Of a stretch of DNA of 31,543 bases, positions 1-8,276 are shown piece after piece. Both the position numbers and the translations under genes were made by a program. Position 1 is the stretch's first letter; every line of letters starts with the position of its first letter. The notes beneath the pieces were generated by a model, which did no database searches, was not told the origin of the DNA, and saw only the letters and a list, made by a program, of their open reading frames with translations. Origin of the DNA: Thermoleophilaceae bacterium (GTDB taxonomy: Bacteria; Actinomycetota; Thermoleophilia; Solirubrobacterales; Thermoleophilaceae); assembly GCA_050999535.1 (NCBI GenBank), contig JBPCPD010000210.1, forward strand, positions 1-31,543, given 5' to 3'.

Positions 1-1
1 G

Positions 2-1135
2 GGCGAGCGGGCGCGCGTGCTCGCTCCCGAGGCACTGGTGGAGGAGGCCGCGGCGCGGGCGGCGCTGGTGGTGGAGCGCCACGAGAGCGCGCCCGACCTC
101 GCGCCCGTGACCCAGCGCCCGCCAGAGCGCCGCTCGCCTGACGGACCAGCCGACCGCGAGCCGGCGATCCGGCCCGAGCGCTTCGCCAGGCTGGTCACGC
201 TCGCTCAGATCCTGATCGAGGCCGCCCGGCTCGGCGGCAAGCTCGAGCTGCGCGAGCTGCGCGCGACGCTGCAGGTCTCCGAGGCCGAGCTGCGCCAGGA
301 CATCGACGTGCTCAACGTCGTCAACTTCGGTGGCGGCAGCTACGTCCTCTACGCGGAGATTCAGGGTGGCACCGTCGAGGTCGATCCCGAGCCCTACGGC
401 GACAACTTCGCGCGGCCGGCGCGACTGCTGCCGCTCGAGGCGAAGGCGCTCGTCGCGGCCATCGACCTCGTTGGCGAGCACCTGCCCGAGGGGTCGCTCG
501 CCACCGCGCGCGAGAAGATCGTCGAGGCGCTCGGCCGCGACCCCGCCACTGACGGCCTCCAGATCACCACCGCCAAGGGCGACGACTCCGAGATCGCCCG
601 CGTGGTCTCGACCGCGATCACGGAGCGCAAGCTGCTCGACATCGAGCACTACAAGGAGAACGAGGACGAGTTCACCCGCCGCACGATCGAGGCCTACCAG
701 CTGCTCAACGGCCCCGAAGGCTGGTATGTGCACTCCTTTGAGCCCGCCAAGGACGCCGCGCGTTCGTTTCGCCTCGACCGCATCCGCTCGGCGACGGTGC
801 TCGACGAGCCCTTCGAGCCGCGCGACGGCGTCGAGCCCGACATCCGCGGTTGGCCGACGACCGGCGAGGTGCCGACCTCGGAGACCGCGCGCGTCTGGGT
901 CTCGCCCGACCGCGCGCGCTGGGCCCGCGAGGGCCGGCGCGTGGTCGAGGACCTCACCGACGGCGCGGTGATCATCGAGCTGCCCTTCGGCGGCCACGAC
1001 TACCTCGCCCGCGAGATCCTCAAGGAGGCCGGCGATGCGGCGGTGCTCGAGCCCGAGGCGGCCCGCCAGGCCGTGTTCGCCGCGGCCGAGACGCTCGCGC
1101 CCGCGGTCGCGCCCGCGGGGCGCGCGCATCGCTGA
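2..1135 (+). CDS. WYL-domain transcriptional regulator, 5'-partial; probable PafB-PafC-like tandem fusion
   Basis: Frame is open from base 2. GERARVLAPEALVEEA resembles the end of a WCX domain, followed by a linker and a full second module: HTH (RFARLVTLAQIL...LQVSEAELRQDIDVL), WYL (WYVHSFEP...RSFRLDRI) and WCX (GDAAVLEPEAARQAV). Confidence 0.85.
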   Translation, partial: GERARVLAPEALVEEAAARAALVVERHESAPDLAPVTQRPPERRSPDGPADREPAIRPERFARLVTLAQILIEAARLGGKLELRELRATLQVSEAELRQDIDVLNVVNFGGGSYVLYAEIQGGTVEVDPEPYGDNFARPARLLPLEAKALVAAIDLVGEHLPEGSLATAREKIVEALGRDPATDGLQITTAKGDDSEIARVVSTAITERKLLDIEHYKENEDEFTRRTIEAYQLLNGPEGWYVHSFEPAKDAARSFRLDRIRSATVLDEPFEPRDGVEPDIRGWPTTGEVPTSETARVWVSPDRARWAREGRRVVEDLTDGAVIIELPFGGHDYLAREILKEAGDAAVLEPEAARQAVFAAAETLAPAVAPAGRAHR

Positions 1136-1204
1136 ATGGCATCCCGCCACGACCAGCTCCGCATGACCTGGGACCACCACAAGCTCGGCGGCACGTACCG
1201 GTGA
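1136..1204 (+). CDS. 22-aa small ORF (MASRHDQLRMTWDHHKLGGTYR), possible leader peptide or gene remnant
   Basis: ATG at 1136 immediately follows the WYL TGA (1133-1135). Its TGA overlaps the rmlA GTG (GTGA, 1201-1204). All sense codons except one (GCA) end in G/C. Confidence 0.4.
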   Translation: MASRHDQLRMTWDHHKLGGTYR

Positions 1205-2265
1205 AGGGGCTGATCCTCTCCGGCGGCAAGGGCACGCGGCTGCGCCCGCTGACCCATACGAGCGCCAAGCAGCTCGTGCCCGTCGCCAACAAGCCGGTGC
1301 TCTTCTATGGCATCGAGGCGATGGCGGCCGCGGGGATCACCGAAGTCGGCATCATCGTCGCGCCCGAGACCGGCGACGAGATCCGCGCGGCCGCCGGCGA
1401 CGGCTCACGCTTCGGGGTGTCGATCACCTACGTCGATCAGGCCGAGCCGCTCGGCCTCGCGCACGCGATGCTGACCGCCCAGCAGTTCCTCGGCGACGAG
1501 CCGTTCGTGATGTACCTCGGCGACAACCTGCTGCGCCATGGCATCGTCGAGCTCGTCGAGACCTTCCGCAGCGAGGCGCCCGATGCGCTGATCCTGCTCA
1601 CGCCGGTGCCCGACCCGGAGCACTACGGCGTCGCCGAGCTGGAGGACGGCCGTGTTTCGCGGCTGGTCGAGAAGCCGGCCGCGCCCAAGACCGACCTGGC
1701 GCTGGTGGGGGTCTACATGTTCACGTCGGCGATCCTCGCGGCGGCGCGCTCGATCGAGCCCTCGGCGCGCGGCGAGCTGGAGATCACCGACGCCATCCAG
1801 GCGCTCGTCGACGGCGGCAGCCGCGTCGACCCGCACATCGTCCACGGCTGGTGGAAGGACACCGGCCAGGTCCAAGACATGCTCGAGGCCAACCGGCTGA
1901 TCCTCGACGAGCTCGAGGAGCGTCTCGACGGGGAGCTCGTGGAATCGCGCGTCGAGGGTCGCGTGGTGGTGGAGAAGGGCGCGCTGCTCGAGCGCGCGAC
2001 CGTCCGCGGGCCGGCCGTGATCGGCGCCGGCGCTCGGATCGTCGACGCCTACATCGGCCCCTACACGGCGATCGGCGCCGGCGTCACGATCGAGCGCGCC
2101 GAACTGGAGCACTCGATCGTGCTGGAGGGCTCCGAGGTCCGCGACCTCGACCACCGCATCGAGGCGAGCCTGATCGGACGCAACTCGCGCATCGGCCGCG
2201 GGCCGGCGCTGCCGCGCGCGCACCGCTTTGTCGTCGGCGACAACAGCGAGATCGCGATCGTCTGA
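1201..2265 (+). CDS. rmlA: glucose-1-phosphate thymidylyltransferase, long form with C-terminal left-handed beta-helix repeats
   Basis: MKGLILSGGKGTRLRPLTHTSAKQLVPVANKP signature, EKP, RGELEITD and WKDTG motifs. True start is GTG 1201, not the ORF-track start at 850. Confidence 0.95.
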   Translation: MKGLILSGGKGTRLRPLTHTSAKQLVPVANKPVLFYGIEAMAAAGITEVGIIVAPETGDEIRAAAGDGSRFGVSITYVDQAEPLGLAHAMLTAQQFLGDEPFVMYLGDNLLRHGIVELVETFRSEAPDALILLTPVPDPEHYGVAELEDGRVSRLVEKPAAPKTDLALVGVYMFTSAILAAARSIEPSARGELEITDAIQALVDGGSRVDPHIVHGWWKDTGQVQDMLEANRLILDELEERLDGELVESRVEGRVVVEKGALLERATVRGPAVIGAGARIVDAYIGPYTAIGAGVTIERAELEHSIVLEGSEVRDLDHRIEASLIGRNSRIGRGPALPRAHRFVVGDNSEIAIV

Positions 2266-2272
2266 GCGACGG

Positions 2273-2515
2273 TCAGGACTCCTCCTCGAAGTGGTCGTCG
2301 TCCTCGCGTCCGAGGTCAGAGGACAGCGCATGGAGCGGCGAGCGTCTCTGCGATCGCCAGGTAGACGTAGAGCGGCGCGCTCGCCCAGCCGCGCTCCAGC
2401 GGGAGAAGTAGCCGCCGGTGTAGGCGCCGCCCTCGGGCTTGCGTACACGTTCGGCGAGGTCGCTCAACGACCAGCCGCGGTCGAGACGCACGGGCGGGGC
2501 GGCTCGACCCGTCAT
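2273..2515 (-). pseudogene. XRE-family HTH protein with two compensating frameshifts
   Basis: RLDRGWSLSDLAERV...YTGGYFSR in one frame continues as LERGWASAPLYVYLAIAETL in a shifted frame (shift near 2400), then returns to the first frame (LSSDLGREDDDHFEEES*). The joined sequence is a typical XRE HTH. Confidence 0.6.
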
Positions 2516-2604
2516 GTGCCCGAATCGTCACGAGTCGATCGGGAGTCGTTACCAAGACGGCCCGGGATTTCACTTCGGCGGCCGGGGGAGTACCCACCGG
2601 GCGG

Positions 2605-2663
2605 CCTCTCCTCTACGACAAGGACTCTGTCTGTGAGACAGATTTCTTGTCGTAGCGCAGAGG
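2605..2663. repeat. long imperfect palindrome (REP/MITE-like element), copy 1
   Basis: CTACGACAAG (2613-2622)/CTTGTCGTAG (2646-2655) and TCTGTCT (2626-2632)/AGACAGA (2636-2642) are exact inverted pairs, flanked by CCTCT/AGAGG. A related copy lies at 14276-14344. Confidence 0.8.
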
Positions 2664-2756
2664 GGCCTTGGGAGAGGCATGCGGGTCCGGGCGCCGCTGG
2701 GGCGGAGCCGCGAGCGCGGCGCGGACCGGGTAACCGCCTCACCGCCCAGTCGGCGC

Positions 2757-4277
2757 TCAGCCCGCTGGGGCCAGCGCCGCCGAGATGAAGCGCGCACTGG
2801 CACCCGGCCGGCCGCCGGCGATCAGCGCCAGGCGCATCGAGTCGTCGAAGGCCAGCCGCGAGGCGGGTGCCACACGGCGCCAGTTGGTGCCGTCGCGACT
2901 GACGTCGAAGGCGAATCGCAGCCCGCGGGCCACCATGCGCACGTGCACCGCACCGGCGGCCGGCGTCGGGACGGTTCCCAGCGCCCGCGCGCGCCCTGCG
3001 AAGCGCCGCCACACGGTGGTCTCACCGCGACCGACGGCGATCGAGATCGACTCGTTGGGATTGCGCCATGCCGACACGCCGGCGGTGGTCGGTCCGCGCA
3101 GCGCGCCGCGGTCGATCACGGCGGTCGCGTCGTAACGGGAGTCGCCGACCCGGCGCGAGAGCACCGCCGCGTCGGGCCGCCTGCTCGCCGCGCGCGACGC
3201 CGTCAGGCGCAGGCCTTTGCCGCTGCGCGCGCTCGGCGCATCCTCGAGTGGGCGCTCCCAGTCGAGCGCGAGCCGGCGTGAGGAGAAGTCGTCCGAGAAG
3301 GCGATGCCCGGCGCGCCCGCTCCCGCGACCGGCGGGCGCCCGTCGCCGATCATCGGCCAGCCGTCGGAGCGGAAGGTGATCGGCGCCGCGAGCAGCTGGC
3401 GGCCGGCGATCCGGTCCGCCCCGGCGCGATAGGCATGGTAGAGCGCGATCGGGCCGTCGGGCCCGCCGTCGGCGATCGTCGCGTGGCCCGGGCAGCGCCA
3501 GCCGTTACCGCCCTTGACGATCGGGTTGCCGTCGAACTTGCGCCAGCGCCCGAGGAGCGTCTTCGACCGCGCGACGCCGATCCCATACGCGCACCGCTTC
3601 GAGCAGCACAGAGCGCCCGAGTAGAGCATGTAGAAGTAGCCGTCCTCGGGACGGAAGTAGACGTGCGGGGCCTCGATGACCTTGCGCTCCCAGGTCTTCG
3701 GGCTGTTGCGCAGCAGCTCCTTGGCGGGGCCGAACAGCCGCCGCCCGTCCTCTCGCATCCGCTGGGCATAGATCGGGGTCGGCTTGCCGAAGGCGTTGCC
3801 GTCGGACTTGTAGACCAGGTGCAGGCGGTCCTGCTCGTCGCGGATCGGATAGGAGTCGATCAGCCCGTAGCGCCCGCAGCGCAGCGGGCGCCCGAGGTCG
3901 CGCCACGGTCCTTCCGTGCTCGGAGCGGTGGCCACGCCGAGGCAGTAGCCCTTCTTCTCGCGCCGGTGCGCCGCGCTGTAGTAGACCGCGTAGCCGCCGC
4001 TGGCCAGGCGCGTGATCTCCGGCGCCCAGAAGCTCGACTTCGCCCATTTGGGGCGGCGCTGGAGGACGTCGCCCGAGAGGCGCCAGTTGGTGAGGTCGGG
4101 CGAGCGCAGCACGCGCATCGTCGGCGCCCAGCCTCCACCGGTGGTCACCGCGACGTGCTCGCCCTCGGCGAAGATCACCGAAGGGTCGGGGAAGTCACCC
4201 ATGATCAGCGGACTCGGGAGTGCGAGCGCCATCATGGCGAAGGTCCGCGACAACTTACCCCTGAGCACGCCGCGCAT
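2757..4277 (-). CDS. glycoside hydrolase family 43 (beta-xylosidase/arabinosidase-like) with C-terminal ConA-like domain
   Basis: GDFPDPS, WAPEI, GLIDSY, VIEAPH and GPGH-like (CPGHAT) motifs carry the GH43 catalytic Asp/Asp/Glu; the C-terminal domain begins FSDDFS. Start taken as ATG 4277 (ATGs slightly downstream are possible). Confidence 0.85.
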   Translation of the reverse strand: MRGVLRGKLSRTFAMMALALPSPLIMGDFPDPSVIFAEGEHVAVTTGGGWAPTMRVLRSPDLTNWRLSGDVLQRRPKWAKSSFWAPEITRLASGGYAVYYSAAHRREKKGYCLGVATAPSTEGPWRDLGRPLRCGRYGLIDSYPIRDEQDRLHLVYKSDGNAFGKPTPIYAQRMREDGRRLFGPAKELLRNSPKTWERKVIEAPHVYFRPEDGYFYMLYSGALCCSKRCAYGIGVARSKTLLGRWRKFDGNPIVKGGNGWRCPGHATIADGGPDGPIALYHAYRAGADRIAGRQLLAAPITFRSDGWPMIGDGRPPVAGAGAPGIAFSDDFSSRRLALDWERPLEDAPSARSGKGLRLTASRAASRRPDAAVLSRRVGDSRYDATAVIDRGALRGPTTAGVSAWRNPNESISIAVGRGETTVWRRFAGRARALGTVPTPAAGAVHVRMVARGLRFAFDVSRDGTNWRRVAPASRLAFDDSMRLALIAGGRPGASARFISAALAPAG

Positions 4278-4301
4278 CCTAGTGCTGTTATTGCTTCCGG
4301 G

Positions 4302-5135
4302 GTGAAGGTTCTGGTCTGCGGCGCAGCCGGGATGCTCGGCCGCGACGTCGTGCGGGCCGCGGAGACCGCCAACCACGAGGTCGTGGCGCTCGACCGCCGG
4401 GCCCTCGATGTCACCGATGCGCGCGCGGTGACCGCTGCGGTCGAGCGGGCCCACCCCCACGCGGTGATCAACTGCGCCGCCTACACCGACGTCGACGGCG
4501 CCGAGAGCGAGCGCGACGCCGCCCTGCTCGTCAACGGCGAGGGCGCGCGCAACGTCGCCGCGGGGGCCGCCGGCGCCGGCGCCGCGGTGGTCTACGTCTC
4601 GAGCGACTACGTCTTCGACGGGACCAAGGGCAAGCCCTACGTCGAGTCCGACCTGACGGGGCCGCGCTCGGCCTACGGCGCCTCCAAGCTCGCCGGCGAG
4701 ACCGAGACCGCGGCGGCCAACCCTCGCCACCACATCGTGCGCAGCTCGTGGCTGTTCGGGACCTACGGGCCGAACTTCGTCGCGACCATGCTGCGCCTCG
4801 GCGCCGAGCGCGACGAGGTCGTCGTCGTGCGCGACCAGGTCGGCGCCCCGACCTACACCGTCCACCTCGCCGAGGGGCTCGTGCGGATGCTCGACTCCCA
4901 CGTCTACGGGATCCACCACATGGCCGCCTACGGAGCCTGCTCTTGGTACGACTTCGCGGTGGCGATCTTCGCCCGGGCGGACATCTCCTGCCGCGTGCTC
5001 TCGACAAGCACGGCGGAACTCGCCCGGCCCGCTGCTCGCCCAGCCTACTCCGTGCTGGGCTCCGAGTCGCGTGACGCGATCCAGCTCCCGGTCTGGAGCG
5101 AGGGCCTCGACGCCTACCTCGCCGAGGCCACGTGA
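4302..5135 (+). CDS. rmlD: dTDP-4-dehydrorhamnose reductase
   Basis: KVLVCGAAGMLG, NCAAYTDVD, SSDYVFDG, YGASK and DQVGAPT motifs. GTG start at 4302. Confidence 0.95.
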   Translation: MKVLVCGAAGMLGRDVVRAAETANHEVVALDRRALDVTDARAVTAAVERAHPHAVINCAAYTDVDGAESERDAALLVNGEGARNVAAGAAGAGAAVVYVSSDYVFDGTKGKPYVESDLTGPRSAYGASKLAGETETAAANPRHHIVRSSWLFGTYGPNFVATMLRLGAERDEVVVVRDQVGAPTYTVHLAEGLVRMLDSHVYGIHHMAAYGACSWYDFAVAIFARADISCRVLSTSTAELARPAARPAYSVLGSESRDAIQLPVWSEGLDAYLAEAT

Positions 5136-6115
5136 AGCTGCTGGTCACCGGCGCGGCCGGGTTCATCGGCTCGACCTACGCCCGGCTGGCGGTGGCGCAC
5201 GGGAACGAGGTGACCGTGCTCGACAAGCTCACCTACGCCGGCCGGCGCGAGAACCTCGACGGCGCCGGCGTCGATTTCCGCGAGGGCGCGATCGAGGACC
5301 CCGATGCCGCGCGCGCCGCGATGGAGGGCGCCGACGCCGTCCTCAACTTCGCCGCCGAGTCGCACGTCGACCGCTCGATCGCCGACCAGGACGTCTTCGC
5401 CCAGACCCACGTGATCGGGACGAGCGTGCTGCTCGACGCCGCCCGCGAGTTGGGGGTCGCGCGCTACCTCCAAGTCTCCACCGACGAGGTCTACGGCTCG
5501 ATCGACTCGGGCTCGTTCACCGAGGACTCCCCGCTCGATCCCTCCTCGCCCTACTCGGCGACCAAGGCCGCCGGGGACCTGCTCGTCTCCGCCCACGCCC
5601 ACACCTACGGCCTCGATGCGGTGATCTGCCGCGGGTCGAACAACTACGGGCCGCGCCAGTATCCCGAGAAGCTGATCCCGCTCTGCACCCTCAACGCGCT
5701 CGCCGGAGACCCCCTCCCCGTCTACGGCGACGGCAGCCAGGTCCGCAACTGGCTCTACGTCGAGGACTTCGCCGCGGCGATCCACACGGTGCTCGAGCGC
5801 GGCGAGCCCGGACGCGCCTACAACGTCGGCGGCCCCGACGAGTGCGAGAACCTCGAGGTCGTCGACCGCATCCTCGACCTCACCGGCCACCGCTCGAAGA
5901 TCGAGCACGTCACCGACCGCCCCGGCCACGACCGCCGCTACTCGCTCTCCTCCGACCGCGTCCGCACGCTGGGCTGGGAGCCCCGCGTCCATTTCGCCGA
6001 AGGCCTCGAGACCACGGTTGACTGGTACCGCGACAACGAGTGGTGGTGGGAGCCGATCCGCTCCGGGGAGTACCGCGCGTACTACGAGCGCCAGTACGGC
6101 CGCGCGCTCGGCTGA
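5132..6115 (+). CDS. rmlB: dTDP-glucose 4,6-dehydratase
   Basis: LVTGAAGFIGS, DKLTYAG, FAAESHVDRSI, STDEVYG, YSATK, NNYGPRQYPEKLIP and DRPGHDRRY motifs. GTGA overlap with rmlD. Confidence 0.96.
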   Translation: MKLLVTGAAGFIGSTYARLAVAHGNEVTVLDKLTYAGRRENLDGAGVDFREGAIEDPDAARAAMEGADAVLNFAAESHVDRSIADQDVFAQTHVIGTSVLLDAARELGVARYLQVSTDEVYGSIDSGSFTEDSPLDPSSPYSATKAAGDLLVSAHAHTYGLDAVICRGSNNYGPRQYPEKLIPLCTLNALAGDPLPVYGDGSQVRNWLYVEDFAAAIHTVLERGEPGRAYNVGGPDECENLEVVDRILDLTGHRSKIEHVTDRPGHDRRYSLSSDRVRTLGWEPRVHFAEGLETTVDWYRDNEWWWEPIRSGEYRAYYERQYGRALG

Positions 6116-6117
6116 CA

Positions 6118-6232
6118 TATGCGCAATCGCGCAGATTTCTACCTCTCAGCTCTGTGGGCCCAAGTTATGCGCGTGTGCGCGTATTTTAGGTCCGACGGGT
6201 CCCACGCGCTACGCTATGCGAGATCGCGCATA
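6118..6232. promoter_or_regulatory. three 18-bp HipB-like operators, consensus TATGC-N8-GCATA
   Basis: TATGCGcaatcgCGCAGA (6118-6135), TATGCGcgtgtgCGCGTA (6166-6183) and TATGCGagatcgCGCATA (6215-6232, perfect arms), spaced 48-49 bp apart directly upstream of hipB. Confidence 0.75.
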
Positions 6233-6456
6233 TCTCAGTACACCCATCGACACCTCAGGAGATCGCAGCTCGCGTAAGGGCTGAGCGCAAGCGCCAGGGG
6301 CTGGACCAGCGGACGCTGGCCACGATCGCCGACGTAGCCGTGCGCTCGGTGCACCGCGTTGAGCAGGGCGAGGCCACGGTTCGATTCGACATCGTCGTGC
6401 GCGTCCTCGCGGCACTTGGGCTGGAGGTATCGATCCGGTCCCGAGCCGATACGTGA
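6216..6456 (+). pseudogene. hipB: HipB-like XRE antitoxin lacking an in-frame canonical start (frameshifted, or non-AUG start)
   Basis: The frame ending at TGA 6454-6456 encodes TPQEIAARVRAERKRQGLDQRTLATIADVAVRSVHRVEQGEATVRFDIVVRVLAALGL but has no ATG/GTG/TTG upstream of the HTH (in-frame stop at 6187). ATG 6216 is out of frame and stops at 6284. Not in the ORF track. Confidence 0.7.
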
Positions 6457-7685
6457 GTCTCGGGGTCTACTGGGATCGAGCGCTGGTCGGAAGGCTCCAG
6501 CTCGTCGACGAGCGATCGCGTGAGTACGGGTTCGAGTACGTGGACGACGCGCGTCCGATCTCGATCTCCCTGCCGACCACCCAGAAGTCCTTCACACCCG
6601 CCGAAGCCCGCCCGTTCTTCGAAGCGCTGCTTCCGGAAGGGACCCTGCGCGAGGAGATCGCCGCACGGTTGAGGATCGCCAGTGGCGACTCCTACGGGCT
6701 CCTCTCCGCGCTGGGACGCGACTGCGCGGGCGCTCTTCAGATCGCGGACGCCAAGCGGATGTCCGACCCGCCGAGCACGCGCTGGATGGACGCCGAGGGA
6801 CTCGACGATCTCGTCGAGCACCTGCGTGACCGCCCGCTTGGTCTGCGTACGGAAGACGGCCGCGCCCGGCTCAGCCTGGCGGGCGTGCAACGCAAGGCAG
6901 TCCTGAGCCGAGATCGTGGCGGTCGGTTCGGCGAGCCGCTGAACGGCATGCCGAGCACGCACATCCTCAAGCCCGACTCGCGTGACGCGACCTACCCAGA
7001 GATCGCTACGAACGAGTACTTCTGCATGCGCCTCGCGGAGCGCTGCGGGCTCCGTGCCGCGGAGGTCGAGCTGATCTCAGCCGCCGGGCGCCCATGCCTC
7101 GTCGTCACGCGCTTTGACCGTGATCCTTCGGAGAACCGACCGCGACGTCTCCACCAGGAGGATCTCTGCCAGGCACTCGGACTGACACCGGACTTCAAGT
7201 ACCAGCTGCCGGGGTGGAGCCAACCCTCCTACGGCGCGCTCGCGAAAGTCCTCGACAGGCACTCGGTGCAACCCGGGTTCGACCGGCTCGCCGCCGCGCA
7301 GGCAGCGGTCTTCCACTTCCTCGTGGGTAACGCCGATGCCCATGCCAAGAACGTCTCGCTGCTTCACGTGCCAGGCGGCGTGCGACTGGCCCCGCTCTAC
7401 GACATCGTCTCGACGGCCGCGTACCCCGAGCTCAGCACCGAGCTCGCGCTCGCGATCGGTGAGGAGCGCCATCCGGCCGCGATCGGCACCGGCGACTGGC
7501 TCGACCTCGCCCACGACCTCGGCCTCGCGCCGGCCGGCTTCGAGGCTGTGCGCCGGCGGCTGGCGGCAGCGGTCGTCGAACACGCCGACAGCCTGCGAGA
7601 CCGGGCACGGAAAGAAGGTTGGCATGGCCCTGTGATCGAGAGGATCGTGACGACGATTCAGACCCGCATCGCACACGTCGCCTGA
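6453..7685 (+). CDS. hipA: HipA-family serine/threonine kinase toxin (HipA N-terminal couple + kinase domain)
   Basis: LLPEG, GRDCAGALQI, SLAGVQRKA, HILKP, NEYFCM, FDR, HQEDLCQALG, GNADAHAKN and LAPLYD motifs. GTGA overlap with the hipB stop. Confidence 0.95.
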   Translation: MSLGVYWDRALVGRLQLVDERSREYGFEYVDDARPISISLPTTQKSFTPAEARPFFEALLPEGTLREEIAARLRIASGDSYGLLSALGRDCAGALQIADAKRMSDPPSTRWMDAEGLDDLVEHLRDRPLGLRTEDGRARLSLAGVQRKAVLSRDRGGRFGEPLNGMPSTHILKPDSRDATYPEIATNEYFCMRLAERCGLRAAEVELISAAGRPCLVVTRFDRDPSENRPRRLHQEDLCQALGLTPDFKYQLPGWSQPSYGALAKVLDRHSVQPGFDRLAAAQAAVFHFLVGNADAHAKNVSLLHVPGGVRLAPLYDIVSTAAYPELSTELALAIGEERHPAAIGTGDWLDLAHDLGLAPAGFEAVRRRLAAAVVEHADSLRDRARKEGWHGPVIERIVTTIQTRIAHVA

Positions 7686-7874
7686 GCGGGCGTCAGTGCG
7701 CTCGATTCACCAGTTCAGGCTCACGCCGGTGACCCTCGCGGCGACTCAAGCCACACTTCTCACGCACGCTGCTTTCCAGCCAGCGGTTCCTTGGGGGCCG
7801 ATGCTCCCGCCGTGGCGCAGGAACGGGAACGGCGACGGCTCCCCCGAGCGCGGTCCACGCGCGGCGTAGTCTTG

Positions 7875-8276
7875 TCACTGGCGGAGCGCTTCGTGTCGCC
7901 GCTCGGCTTCGAGCGCGCTCAGATACGCCCTGTCGAGCGCAGCCTGCCAGTCGTAGCCTTGGGTCTCGTCGTACTCCGTCCCCACCGGGGCGTTCCGCAC
8001 ACCGCCGCTCAGCGCCAACCTGTAGCCGTGCGCGTTCGCGACCCAGATCGACAGACGCTCGCCGTCCATGTGATCGGTAGTGATCCAGCCTCAGCGCCAG
8101 CCACGTCGCAGCGCTTCGAACCGGGCCTCTTGTATCGCGTACCTCGTGCGCGCGTCGGCCAGGTGCAAGAACCTCCTGTGTTCCTCCGCCTCGATGCGGG
8201 TCAGCCCATCGCCGGCCGCGTCGTCTGCGCCGGTCTCGCTGGGCTCCCTCCTCGTAGCGTCGCCGTGTGTGCTCAC
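7875..8276 (-). other. hypothetical protein(s): two in-frame ORFs (8276-8091 and 8069-7875) separated by one TGA
   Basis: ...EARFEALRRGWR*GWITTDHMDGERLSIW... reads through in the same frame. No recognisable family. Confidence 0.45.

Noticed and set aside
850-5135. ORF-track N-terminal extensions suggesting fusions (850-2265, 2757-4919, 3435-5135; also 8411-10051, 12629-13546, 26078-27766)
   Set aside because: The extensions overlap other real genes and are low-complexity. Family-typical starts lie downstream.
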